Source of the DNA: Neolecta irregularis DAH-3 | Lineage: Eukaryota | DNA length: 33,861 nucleotides | Direction of reading: 5' to 3' | Assembly (NCBI GenBank): GCA_001929475.1 | Contig: LXFE01000343.1 | Span: 1-33,861, forward strand | Shown here: in pieces, positions 1 to 13,641 of the stretch | Layout of the letters: every line of letters begins with the position of its first letter | Position numbering within the stretch: position 1 is the stretch's first letter | The notes under the pieces: model-generated | What the model was told of the DNA's origin: nothing | The model's database searches: none | Seen by the model: the letters and a program-made list of their open reading frames with translations, nothing else | Translations under genes and position numbers: made by a program

Positions 1-732
1 AGCCTAGCGCGCTAGCCGCGCTCGGCGCTACCTATATACCCGTTCTCGCGCGCCACCGTCCGGTTATTCGCCTGGCCCCTGTGGAACATGATCCACATGG
101 GGATCCGGCATCTTGGACTGGGAGGACGCCCACAGCTTGTGGCGTCCTCTCTGTCTCATCCTGGGTTTGCCGTTGTGTGGGGGCGGTGGGATTTGATAGT
201 GCCCACAGTGGGTAATAGCGGGTAGGCTTCTTAAGGTTGTTCTTTTTGATCTTGGTATTTTGAGATGTAGAAAGAGGGGCGGGGAACTATTCTATATACT
301 TGCAGAACACAACACACTTCCTTCCAGTACACGCTGTAGGTAAAAAAGGAAAGGCTAAGCTAGGCCCCGTTTACATACGGTGACTCGTCAGCACGCCCCA
401 TACTCTCGGTCTCGACTTAGATTAAGGAAATATAACCTGATCTTATTGTACTCGAGCTTCAACACTTACATTATTTGTCCCTGGTGGCTGTGGGGGTTCC
501 TGAAATCCCCACAATTATGAACAATTCAGGACTCCTTCCTATAACGAATCAAAAGCACCAACATGTTGAACATTGGCCTGGATTGGAAGCTGCAGTGTAT
601 TAATGGTTAACAAAGCTGGAAGAATAATTAATTCAAGTACGTGTGATGATGCCGAAACGTAGGGTGTAGAAATTTCTGATATTTAATGTATATGAATTTC
701 ACCATGCAATATTGGAACACCATGCTGAATCA

Positions 733-2540
<1,808 letters not shown>

Positions 2541-2723
2541 ATCGTTCGAGTCCTTGCGGCCTATATCTGACGACAGGTTATTTAAATTATAGTGTACGAA
2601 GACCGAAAGTCCGGGCAAAGGCAATCCACCGACCTATAAAAACATTATGGAGGGGAGGACCAGGAGAAAGACAAACCCGAGACTTGGAGTTGAGAAAGTC
2701 TTTGATCCGCCTCAGACTTGTAA

Positions 2724-3135
2724 ATGCGACCACCGATCCGGCTTGTTCATCTCCTTCCCCTGAAAAAGAGACAAATGGGCACTAAAGATAGCTGTGGATG
2801 TGGAGAATTGTTATCGGAACATGACAGATCAACCCGTCTGGCCCCTTTGGTTACGCGATCACATAATCCATGGGTCGAAACTTCCGGGAAGTTGCATAGA
2901 TCGTTCACTTTCAAAACTTTTCCATCCGCTTGGGCATTCATGAATCAGGTTGCTTTGAGAGCGGAGAAAATGAACCATCATCCTGATTGGTTTAATGTAT
3001 CTTCTTTACGTCTGCAGTATTAATTTGGGCCAGTCATATAACAAAGTAGATATTGAGCTGACTACACATGCCAAAGGCGGCATCACTATCTCTGATATCA
3101 AACTGGCGGAATATATAGATGGGATAGCTTTGTGA
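2724..3135 (+). CDS. Pterin-4-alpha-carbinolamine dehydratase (PCD/DCoH family); intron 2997-3033; alternative ATG at 2775
   Basis: [64 protein letters not shown] matches the PCD signature HHPxWxNxYxxVxIxLTTH. Confidence 0.92.
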
Positions 3136-3370
3136 GTTCTGTAACATAGTGGTTCCACCGGAACAAAGCGTCCTGTGGCGTCTGTCCAGATACCTAACAG
3201 AGGTTATCGAACCCAGAAGCGACGGAATGTCCAGGTAGGAGGTTCCAGGTAGGAGGCACGCTCCCGACTGGTATTATTTAATGAGTGATTGCATAATCAT
3301 AATACCGAAACTATCAAAGGTCAGTTATTTGCATCTATTTCCACTTTTCACTGGTTATCTACCAGTTCCT

Positions 3371-4175
3371 TTATAAATCTTCCTCACAGATAGCATCTAA
3401 TTCACCACTTTTAGGATTCATGAACTGCCCTTTACAACTAAACCGTTCGGGACATATAAACACTAAACTTCGTTAGGAATCAACCTTGTATATGAAGAGG
3501 AAGCAGTTACTCTTGCAAAAATGCAAATTTCCGTCATGTTTAGTCCAAATCAATCCCAACTCTTCATTGTCTGCAATTTCATCATCGTGATTGCTGGCCC
3601 ATATTTGCCAGACTTCCCTACCGTCGTCACTACAATCTTTATGGCCGTCCCAGACGACCCACGGATCCGCGGCGTTGGACTGAAACCATGTGTCGACCAC
3701 GGCTTGAACGCCTACCAAGTGCTCGTCTATAAGGAATGAGGAGTCTGTATAGTGCCCCTGTAGTGGATGTGACATTGTTTTGTTGACTTTCTTGTTAGTT
3801 CCTAGTGGAGTTGGAAAATAAAATTTACCGAGTATTCTCATTTGTTCTTTTTCATCAGGGTAACGTTCCAGTTTCGCGATTTCGGACTGGATATGCTTAA
3901 TCGTGGGTTTCAAATCTGATATTTCGTTAGTGTGCTCCATGAGGGGCTTGGGATACCGTACCGTCACTTATTCTCTGGTATTGATGCCATCTTGTGAGAT
4001 CCTCTGGTGATGGTCCTCCCCAGATGTCCGAATATATGGTCTCACCTTTGAAGTTGTAAATATAACTTGCTTTGAGCGCCGCATCTTTAATTTCAGCAAA
4101 GATCAGATGGTCTTCAAGAAGATGGGTTGTATTGACGGTAAGGAAACACACACAAAGTGCAATGAAAAACTTCAT
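3371..4175 (-). CDS. Orphan secreted protein, about 222 aa; introns 3961-3916, an in-frame 42-nt intron at about 3829-3788, and 3510-3463
   Basis: N-terminus MKFFIALCVCFLTVNT is signal-peptide-like. Three GT...CTAAC...AG introns join the ORFs and give a Cys-containing C-terminus (CKMFICPERFSC...AICEEDL*). No family recognised. Confidence 0.7.
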
Positions 4176-4309
4176 GGCACTTGAAAAGAGGCTTGTGAGT
4201 TTAAGGAGGAAAAAGAGGATTTATGTTCTTCTATGCAAGAGCATGGCGGGGTATCACAAATGAATCAGAAAGGTAATATCGCCCAGCTTCATCATGGTCT
4301 CATTAAGTT

Positions 4310-4734
4310 TGTGGCACGGTGAACAAAATCAACAACATATTAGTATTTTCTACGAGAAACTACCCAACCTTCCTCCCCCTCCCTTCGTCATCCTACACCA
4401 TTCTGGCGGGCCTAGAAAGATACTGGTACCCCTTTCCTTTTCCTTTTGTTTGTTTGTCTCTACTTCCGGGGTGACTGGTGAACTGCTGTGCAGCCTTTTG
4501 CTGCTCCCGGGTTTGTATCTCTGTTGTTTTCCGTTTCCGTTAACTTTCCTTTATCTTTGTACTCGTTCCGTTTGATACCAGCCTGCTGCTGGCGGCTACT
4601 TAAAGGGCTGGTTTTCTGTATTCGTAAGTAGCCAATTGTATTAACTTATTTCCGTTTCTAAGTCTTGACGACCCAAGAGACTGAAAGCCAATACGACCGT
4701 GGTCAACAATCAACAACCTATTACCCTATAAACA
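4310..4734. mobile_element. Possible degenerate solo LTR or repeat remnant
   Basis: About 425-bp non-coding block bounded by TG...CA, with a TACTTAAAG TATA-like motif and an internal inverted repeat (ggctactta/taagtagcc). An imperfect direct repeat (AATCAACAAC.TATTA) lies near both ends. No target-site duplication found. Confidence 0.3.
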
Positions 4735-5152
4735 TTTGCAACATCTAGCTACACCCTTCGTGCTTCAAGTTATACTATGACCATCGAGATAGCTTTCTAT
4801 AATGAACAAGTATGCATTTCCAGGGGACGAATAGAACGAACATATCTGCCCCGGCCCCAAGGTGCTGCTTAGAAAATCAAAACACGACACATGACTTCGG
4901 TCCGACAAAGATCATAGAAAAGAAATGGAGATCCCTTAAATACTCTCCACAAAATTGAATGTATCATCCCCATGCCACAAATTTAAGATGGAGATAACAC
5001 TGTAATCAAATCAACAAAATCATTTTAAAGGATAGTTAAAACCCAATGCAATCTCAAAGAAGATAGATAGATAGACAAAGAGACAGGCAAATGCATCTCG
5101 AAAAGAAAAACAGAGAAAAGAAAATGCCCCCTCCATGTCCTCCAGTGCCGAC

Positions 5153-6427
5153 CTAATTCCATGCAATAGTTCGTCCACGAGAACTAGCATACGGACTACG
5201 AAAATGCGGGTCCCAGTGGGGTTGAATAATCGGCGGCAGACTAGCCGTCGTTATATAAGGATGTGTATGACCTTGATTCGACTTTGCTCTAAATAAACCA
5301 AACGCGAAATTCGACAAGAACAAAGATCCAAAAATAAGCATTACTGCAAAAATCTCTTGTTCAACTTGTTAAAATGTGAAGGGGGAGATACCATTGTTTT
5401 ATAGCTAATTGGTTCAATAAACGAATTGACTATTTCGGCAAAAGTTTCTGCAGAGACGCGGGCTCGGCCTACAATTGTAGGATCGCGATTCATACAACGG
5501 CTCCAGATTTCACATGGGGCTTCCATTGCTGGAACCCGGATACCAGGGGTGCATCTATTTTCCAAGTATTCTTTTTCGCACAGTTTTATTTCTTGCAAGA
5601 TTTCTAGAGTGTGAGAAGAGTAGAGGTCACAAGGGAGCGTCTACCCGCTGAATATTCTTCGACTTTTTGGTCAACGTCTCGCTGGATTGTTTTTACAAAG
5701 GCTAGGACTAGGTAGAGTAATATGCCGATTAAAAAGAGGTTGAAAAGGAGTTGGAGATAACCGCTGGCGATATATGGGATATCGCGATGCGTCTCAACGG
5801 TCCATGATTTTTGCTGATTCTCGAATTCGGGCCTTTTTATTGGACTCGATCGTTCGTCTTCCTGCATACGTCAACAAAGAATAGTCAATCCTCTCACCTC
5901 GCTATCTGCCGTCCAGAAATCCTCTTGCCTTCTTCGTTTGTCCACCCTTTTACGTACTCTATCACTCACCTTTTTCTTGTTGGCGTCGATGTTAGAGATA
6001 ATAGCCAGCGACTTTACTTCGTTCAGTGGAGTTGTTTCTTTGTCTGATTTCTCGGGGCTACTTCCAGGTGTGTTCTCAACACCGTTGTTTTGAGGCCTTT
6101 CATTCCATCTGTGATGACGGGTACTTGGTATCGTTTTTGGGGTGGAAAAGAGGAATGGGGTATTTGATGGAGGGCCAAAGATGTTAGATTGTTGCGTCTC
6201 GGGTTTCTGGGGCGATCCCGTTTCAAAATGCGGACCTGTGATTGTTAAGGAGGGGGTGTTGGAATATGGGACGTACGTTTTCGAGGAGCTTCGTTTGAGG
6301 TACCGAGAAGTGATGATTGTAAAGTGTTCATGACAAAAGGCGAGCCAGTGGCAGAATTATTCGTAAACTGCGATTCGCGGTTATCGTATGTGAAATCCAT
6401 GGGAGATTCCTTTGTCCTGGTGTTCAT
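5153..6427 (-). CDS. BRL1: Nuclear envelope / NPC assembly protein of the Brl1/Brr6 family; 4 introns
   Basis: N-terminal ESPMDF motif. TM1 (GYLQLLFNLFLIGILLYLV), a luminal four-cysteine domain (LCEKEYLENRC...PCEIWSRCM), RARVSAETFAEIVNSFIEPISYKTM, then TM2. Confidence 0.9.
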
Positions 6428-6871
6428 TTGGGTTTTGTTGGTGTATTTGGAACGGCAACAGAGTGTATGGACATACAACGCTCATTTTCTGAGATGATGT
6501 GCGATGTTTCCATAAATACTACATATTGGTACTTAAATTTCTATCTAGTACTCTGGAGTAGATTGGATGTATGGATATACGAATAAAGCTATGATGGTGA
6601 TAGCTGCCCACGGAATACTTTCTGCTATTATTCAACGTCAAATATCCTGCAGCGACTAGCACTTTAGATCCATATAGATGGGGCCACGTTCATCAAAGAG
6701 AAGAATCAAGGCGTGAAACACGGTTGCAAAATTATACAGCAAACACGACCTGAACCGCCAATAGAGATAAACAAACGCCCTCATCACTAGCCTTTATGTT
6801 ACCATGAAACGCCAAACAATACAGTAAGAAAATAAACAGTAGCATGACGAAAGGAAAGAAGAGAGATGTTG

Positions 6872-7364
6872 CTATGAGACGGAGGACCCTGGTTGAGAGT
6901 GGTCTCGTTTGTAATCTGTAAAGCCGAGAAAGGAGTTTTCGCAGTAGAGGGAGCTCAGTGGAGGGAGCTGAATTGCAACAGGTGCCTTTGTGATGAGTTC
7001 GTCGAGATCGGGGACAGGTTCATTGTTGCGTTTTGCCTTTGAGACGATGTAGTCTCTCAGGACTCGGTTCTCGCGGGTCAAGAGAGCGAGATGCCTCTGG
7101 GTCTGCTCGAGGACTACGGCTTTGCATTCGAGCTGGTGGATTCGTTCTTCCTTGCGCTGGCGAAATGCCTGCTGCGCTTTTCTATTCTGCTCGGCCCTAC
7201 GAATTTAACGATGGAGATGCAAGACTGCTTTACCGCTTCGAGTCTTTCAAGGGGCGCTTGTTGGTGCGCTGGGGCGAAACAGTGTCTGGGCAGGTGGAGG
7301 TTGATGGAGGAGGCGGATCGAGGAGAGCGCCGAGGGTGCGATCTGAGCCTACAGCGGAATCCAT
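6872..7364 (-). CDS. bZIP transcription factor, Yap/Pap1-type basic region, KapC-like; 37-nt intron 7233-7197
   Basis: Spliced sequence KRPLKDSKR|AEQNRKAQQAFRQRKEERIHQLE...LTRENRVLRDYI contains the NxxAQxxFR signature followed by a zipper. Confidence 0.85.
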
Positions 7365-7967
7365 TGCACATGAACGAAAAAAGAAAAAGAAAAAGCAAGA
7401 ATAGATTTTCTGGTGGGAGGCGCGGGCTGGTGATAAGGGCCGGCGAGTCGGGCAGGTGGTTTTGCTTAGTCAGACTCGGAAACAAGCGCGCGCCACGCAA
7501 CAGACGGGAGGCGCGGATGAGGCGCAAATTGGTGTCTGTGGCGCGGGTGAGGCGTTAATATCTCATCCCGTCACCACCAAGCGAACGCCCTATGCTTGTA
7601 ATTGCAACAAGACAAAGGCAGCGTGAGGAAAGACGTTCGCTTTTAGCACGATCGGGTTAAGGGAAACCCGTGGAATGGCCTTCAAGGTTGTTGATCTACT
7701 CTTGATCGGGTTAATCAAGTTCTCTTGCATTGTATTTCGGGACACTAGAGATTGTAATATGTCTAGTGCGGCTCACCTCCGACTCCACCACCAGCAGAAA
7801 TATCAACTAGTCTCGTGGAGTTTTCTCCCTACGTATCTACGGCGCTCCCTCTTTGATGAATACAAGCGAATATCCATTTTCTTGTAATCGATTATGCTTA
7901 CTTCGTACTTAATGCCTCGACTGTTTTATACCAGATATAATACTATACGCCCTACAACAGAGTGATA

Positions 7968-10900
7968 TCAGAACATAACATCCAACCTGTTCAACTCTCC
8001 AAATGTCTCGGAACTCATCCGATACTGGATCATCCCTGCAAACATCATAGCACATCTGGCCATTTTCCTCAACTCTCCCATTTTCTACCACGGTTAGTAT
8101 ACGCAAAGGAAGAGTGGGATAATATACATTTATTCTACTCACATCCCCAAACGGGCTTTCTTTGAGCTGAGTATGAATCGCAAGCAAACAATTCATAGCC
8201 ATGCTCAACATGATGGGAATGTTACTTGCGATATATTCAGGAAGAGAACTGAATAGTTGAACCTTCTTTTTCACTTTTCCAACATTCAGTTCCTTATCAA
8301 GAGGAATTAGTTCTAATGCATCAAGAATCTGTAATCAATGACATGAGGAAAGTAGAAAACATACGTGCAAACAATTCTCCCACTGTTGAGCTTCAAAAGA
8401 TGTTCTTGCTTCAACCATTTTTAGCAATGTTTGACAGGCATCACGATTGACCTGACTGACTCGAGAATATATCCTTGCATTTGCAGAGTACACCTGCATC
8501 ATATTTCGAGCCAGTTGAGCGGGACTTTGCTCTGCAGCAAGAGCGATGCTCGTGTCATTGGATAACATAGGTGTCTGGAAGAGTCGGGACGATGGATCAT
8601 TAATTGCATCCCCGAGAGATTTATTGATGATCGTTGCCACGGTATCATAGTCCTAAATATATGAGCAAAGGCTTATAGTAGACGTAACACACCTCTGATA
8701 AATGGTATAAAAGGACTGCATCTGATGTTCGACCATCAAGGTCAGCCTGTCTAGCCGCTTGCTCTGTAATGGTTCGTAGGTAATCAGCGTGATCTTCGAG
8801 ACCAATTAATTTGACTCTCTTCTGTATCGCTCCAATCTCCTTTCGTCCATCAGCCTTTACATCTCCCAACAACGCAGAGAATTCTCTAGTTTCAAGCGCA
8901 AGTTCGCGGATCATTTCATGGCAAAGATTGCGCTGTTCAGTACCTTTTGGTGAGGGTAAATCTCCGTTTAAACAGATTAGGCAGATATAATCCAAAGCCA
9001 TTTCAGGTTCTGCTCGCATAAACTCTTGGATATATGACCCTAAAAGGCGGGCGAAATTTATAAAAGCTTCTTCATTGCCGGATTTGAGGGGTTTCGTTGT
9101 CACTTTAATTAGTCTAGGGCATCAGGGTGTATCATACATAAGCTATCTTCGCTGACTTCTTTGATAGAGGGAACACGCAGTAAGCCATGATAGCACAAAC
9201 CTACGGCAAAATGAACCGCGTCGGTATTATTCCAATTCAACAGATAATTCACACCCTACAGGTCAGTACTTGTTTTGCAAATATAGCGAACGCGTTCAAA
9301 GAGTCCGCAGAGAAGCAATAGTTGAAAATAAATGACCGGGTTGTTCCCTTTTTGATTGAAATGTTTTGCCCCAAAACTCATGATGGTATTCTGCAGATTA
9401 ACTAGTCCAAACTCCTCGCCGGAAATCTCATCATTCGAAGCTTCGCGGCAAAGGATGAGTTGGAGCCACATCCAATCTTCTGTTGTTGGACATACGTCTC
9501 CAAGGTTGCGCTTTGATAAATCACATCTTCCAATAATTTTATAGAGTGCTGTCTTGAAGGGATCTTGGGTGAAGCGGATTCTCTGGGAATACTCTGAATG
9601 AAGGCGGTCTCGTAATTGGCGGGGAAGACGGCGTTCGGAAGATGTTGCGTAGGCTTTCAAGTATGACACAAAGTGACGTTCGAGGCGGATGATTGAAGAT
9701 TCATGAGTTTGTGCATATTGGACGGCTTCAGTTAGATAGCCTGATCGGAAAAGGTAGAAGAGCAATGCCCAAATTGGGATATTGTTCACAATCTAGTAAT
9801 CAACTATTTGTTTGATTAGCACTTATTACCTCGAGGTTTGGGTTTTCCCAAGTATGATTGCGGTAGAATCGAACTTTGAGATATCCTAGCGCCTTATTCT
9901 GGATCGAAGGAACACCTCCAATGTTTGCATCTTGAGGGTTTCGAGCGACTTCAGTCTCGACATGGGCGAAGAATCTATCTTTAATTTCCAAAGCTAAAAT
10001 AAACATACTGATTCTCCAAATATCTCCGAGAACCGTCCGTGATCCGAGTACGAACAAAAACACCTTCTTTACTCTCGCTGCTGACTGCTGCGTAATGTAT
10101 GGCAAATTGCCGTTCCTTAATGACATCTCGAGTGAACTGGCCATTGAGAACACCACTCTCACCCACGATGCTTGATAGTATTCTCCAAGAATCGAATAAT
10201 TGTTGAGATTTCTTCAATTAGTACTGTTGAATATATAAATATTACGATATCTGATCCCAGAGATTTGATAGCTTCCCCAAAAGCTGACATGACAGGCATT
10301 GGTTTCTTCTCAATTCTTTTTATTTGGAGCAATTTGACAACTTGGCCGTATCTGGTCTGCCTGTGTATGTTGGGAGAAGAGGCTTGGGTCTGGGATTGAC
10401 GAAAAGTGTCATCTCGTCCAAAGACGCTCTTTCCAAATGTACTTTTTCTAAAATGGCTTTTCCCAAAGACACTTTTATCGAGAGACTGCTGGGAAGATTG
10501 CTGGTCTTGAGTCGATTTCAGAAATCCAAAGTGTTCGAAAAACTTTTGTTTCTGCTTTTCCCATTCTGCATTGAGGTTCTTTTCGAGGAAAAGGTCAAAT
10601 TCTCTGCTGCGGCGGGCCATATCTTGTTCCATTGCTGCCATGATAGACTGTTCACGCCGGTATCGCAGGTACCCCTGGGAGATCAGACGACTGGATTAGA
10701 ATAATAGTACATCAACATCTGTATCCGAGATTGGTGGACCAGAATCATAGGTTGACTGAAGTGCAATTGTCCTCAGCACCTGAGCAGTTTCCTCGGCGTT
10801 CATCCCAGAATTGGCCAAAAGATAATGACTAGAGCTTAAATACATAACTATTGAAGCTACTCACGCTTTTGTATCCCCATCGCGCGCCTGTGCGGCCTTG

Positions 10901-11082
10901 TTAGCCATTGACTGGGCCTGAACATCGATCTGTTCCAAGGAGAAATGCAGCTGAGGCAAAACCGGCTGTTTGAGTTCATAAAGCAGTCTCTTTGACTGTT
11001 CGAGCAGTTCATCTAGAGCTGATGCTGATGCTGATGCCGTTGGATTACCGGCGACTGGCAATTGTGCACTTGTAGCTGCCAT
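7968..11082 (-). CDS. NIC96: Nucleoporin Nic96/Nup93; 9 short introns
   Basis: LDELLEQSKRL...LPQLHFSLEQI N-terminus, PIWALLFYLFRSG, DPFKTALYKIIGRCDL, TTEDWMWLQL, DAVHFAVGLCYHGLL, and C-terminal AMMFAGMIQYRMSSETFGELNRLDVMF* after the last intron. Confidence 0.95.
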
Positions 11083-11270
11083 AAAACAGTTTTTGCACTA
11101 CTACGCACCAGCACAACACCAAGGTGGTGAATTGAAATTTGCCAAAGAAATACAAAGACACTATTGGATACTGCTTATGTATTGTATCTTGTGCATATTA
11201 CAGATAAACAAGATTCTGGCGGTGTGATTATTACTGCCTCGTTCGTTCTTTAAGATTGTCGGTCTTCGAC

Positions 11271-13641
11271 ATGTCGCAAAGTCCTGCACCGGGAAAAGTT
11301 TATGCTCTGCCAGAAAAAACTATTCCACCGCCGCTGCAGGATTGCAACGACTACAACAATTTTCGCTCGACTAAAACTCCCATAATTATCGATAATGGTT
11401 ATCTCGAAATATGCTTCGTTCAACTAATCTCCAGGGTCCTGGCAGTGCAGGGCAGGCTGGGCATCTGAAACTCTGCCAAGATACTCTTTCGAAAATCAGA
11501 TTTCAAAGTATCGAGACCGAAAAATGAATAGGTCTTTAAGCTACGTCGGTTCGGATATCCTCTCAGATCCTGCCGCCTCCTTCAATATCAAAAGCGCATT
11601 CGACCAAAACGTAGTAGTCAACTGGGAGTCTATTGTTTGTCCGCATCTCCTACAATAGTGTTCATGATACAGGAAATGGTCATGGATTTTGTCTTTCTGC
11701 GGATGGGTATCGATAGCGATAGGATCGATCATCCCATTGTCATGACCGAGCCAATGTGCAATCCTGGCTACAATCGCAAATGTATCCCGGTCCACGGAAT
11801 CAACAATTGACTGGTAGATATGACAGAAATGATGTTTGAATGTTACCAAGTACCATCCTTGACATATGGAATCGACAGTCTGTTCAGTTTCTACGCCAAT
11901 GATGGCACAGACGGTATTGTCGTGAATAGCGGGAACAATACGACTCATGTAATCCCCGTATCAAAAGGAAGGGGTGTTCTTTCAATGGGAAAGCGGTATC
12001 CTTCCTCGTCGCATCTTCACCAGACTGACAAATGTCGAGGCTATCGTGGGGTGGTACACAGGCGTCAGACCTAATGTTGAAGCTTATGCAACTCAAATAT
12101 CCAACTTTCCCCTCAAAATTGCAGCCTCATCAAGCCAATTCACTGGTAAAAGAACATTGCTACGTTAGTTCAGATTACTATGAAGAAGTATCAACCATGC
12201 TGCAGTCTGAAAATCTTGCAACCAAAGACCATGCCATCCAATTTCCATTCATTGAAGCAGTAGGCCAAACCAGATACAATAACTTACTTGTAGATTCAAA
12301 TCGAAAAAACCCAGGAGGAACTAGCCCTTGCTGCTGAGAAACGCAAAGAACATGGGAAAAAGTTGCAAGAAATAGCAGCAAAGGCTCGCCTTGAGAAGGT
12401 AATTTTCTTGGAATTTCACTGCTAATCGTCAGCTCATCCAGTATGAACAAGATTTGGATTACTACAAGGAAATACAGGAACGCGGCAAATCCGAACTCAA
12501 ACGAGACTTTAAGAAAACATTGGAAGGTGCAGAATTAAAAGATGAAGCAGACCTGGAAAATACAATCAAGAAACTTGAATTTAAAATTAGACGAGGAAGA
12601 AAACAAGATGTCGGGGGCGAAGACGAAGCCGAACAAACATTTCCACTACTCGATGTCCCCGATGATCAACTCGACGAAGCAGGCCTCAAGCAAAAACGTC
12701 AACAAAAGCTCATTAAAGCAGGGTACGAGGCTCGTCAACGTGCAAAAATTGAGAAAGAAAAAGAAAGGCAACGGCTAGAGGAGGAGGATAGGAAAGACGA
12801 GCAATGGAGAGAACAAGATTTAGATACTTGGCTTTCCGACAAACGTCAGAAACGAAATATCTATATCCAACGAATCAAAGACAGGAAAAGATTAAAAGAA
12901 CAACTCCTCGATAGGAAATCCCTCGCAAATCAAATGAGGATGAAAAGCATTGCTGCTCTGGCTAGCGATGCACCCTCTACAAAGAAACGTAAACGGGGTC
13001 AAGATGAAGATACCTTTGGCGCCAACGATGACGATTGGAGTATTTATCGCGATATAGCCAATGCATCGGATTCAGAGGACGACGAAGAAACTTGTATGCA
13101 GTTACGAAAGCTCGAAGATCAGTTATCTCAATTCGATTCGAATTTCGACCCAGAGAGTGCTCTTGACGCTCAAAATGACCCTCAAAAAAGTCTTCTAAAT
13201 AAATTTCTGAAAGCGGGGAAAATCGGCGAGGAGACAGATGCCCAGGTATATCAACTGCATCTCAACGTCGAAAGGATTCGTGTTCCTGAAGTTGTATTTC
13301 AGCCTAGTATTGTGGGATTAGATCAAGCTGGAATCATTGAATTACTTTGCGGAATGATGAAAAATTTAAATACCGCAAGCGAAATATTCACGACTGGTGG
13401 AAACACCATGTTTCCTAATTTCAATGAACGCCTTGAACGAGAATTACGAGCAATAATGCCTATCGGACGAAATTTGGTAATTCGGGCTGCCAGGAATCCA
13501 TTACTGGATGCATGGAGAGGGGCGGCAAAATGGGCTTGTTCAAACGAGTTTGAAAAGTTTGCAGTAAGAAAAGATGAGTATCTCGATAAAGGGACTGATT
13601 ATTTGAAGGAGCACGGAATGGGTAATTTCTCTCAAAATTGA
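11271..13641 (+). CDS. ARP5: Actin-related protein Arp5 (INO80 subunit); 6 introns
   Basis: PIIIDNG|SWQCRAGW, MTEMMFECYQVPSLTYGIDSLFSFY, charged insertion with DDTFG-like DEDTFGANDDDWSIY, LHLNVERIRVPEVVFQPS, LLDAWRGAAKW and YLKEHGMGN. Confidence 0.95.

Noticed and set aside
3230-3256. Tandem 13-bp repeat tccaggtaggagg x2
   Set aside because: Only two copies with no spacers; this is a local duplication, not an array.
7033-7558. Three overlapping 123-155-aa ORFs around the bZIP gene
   Set aside because: They are antisense or alternate-frame products of GC-rich sequence; the spliced bZIP explains the locus.
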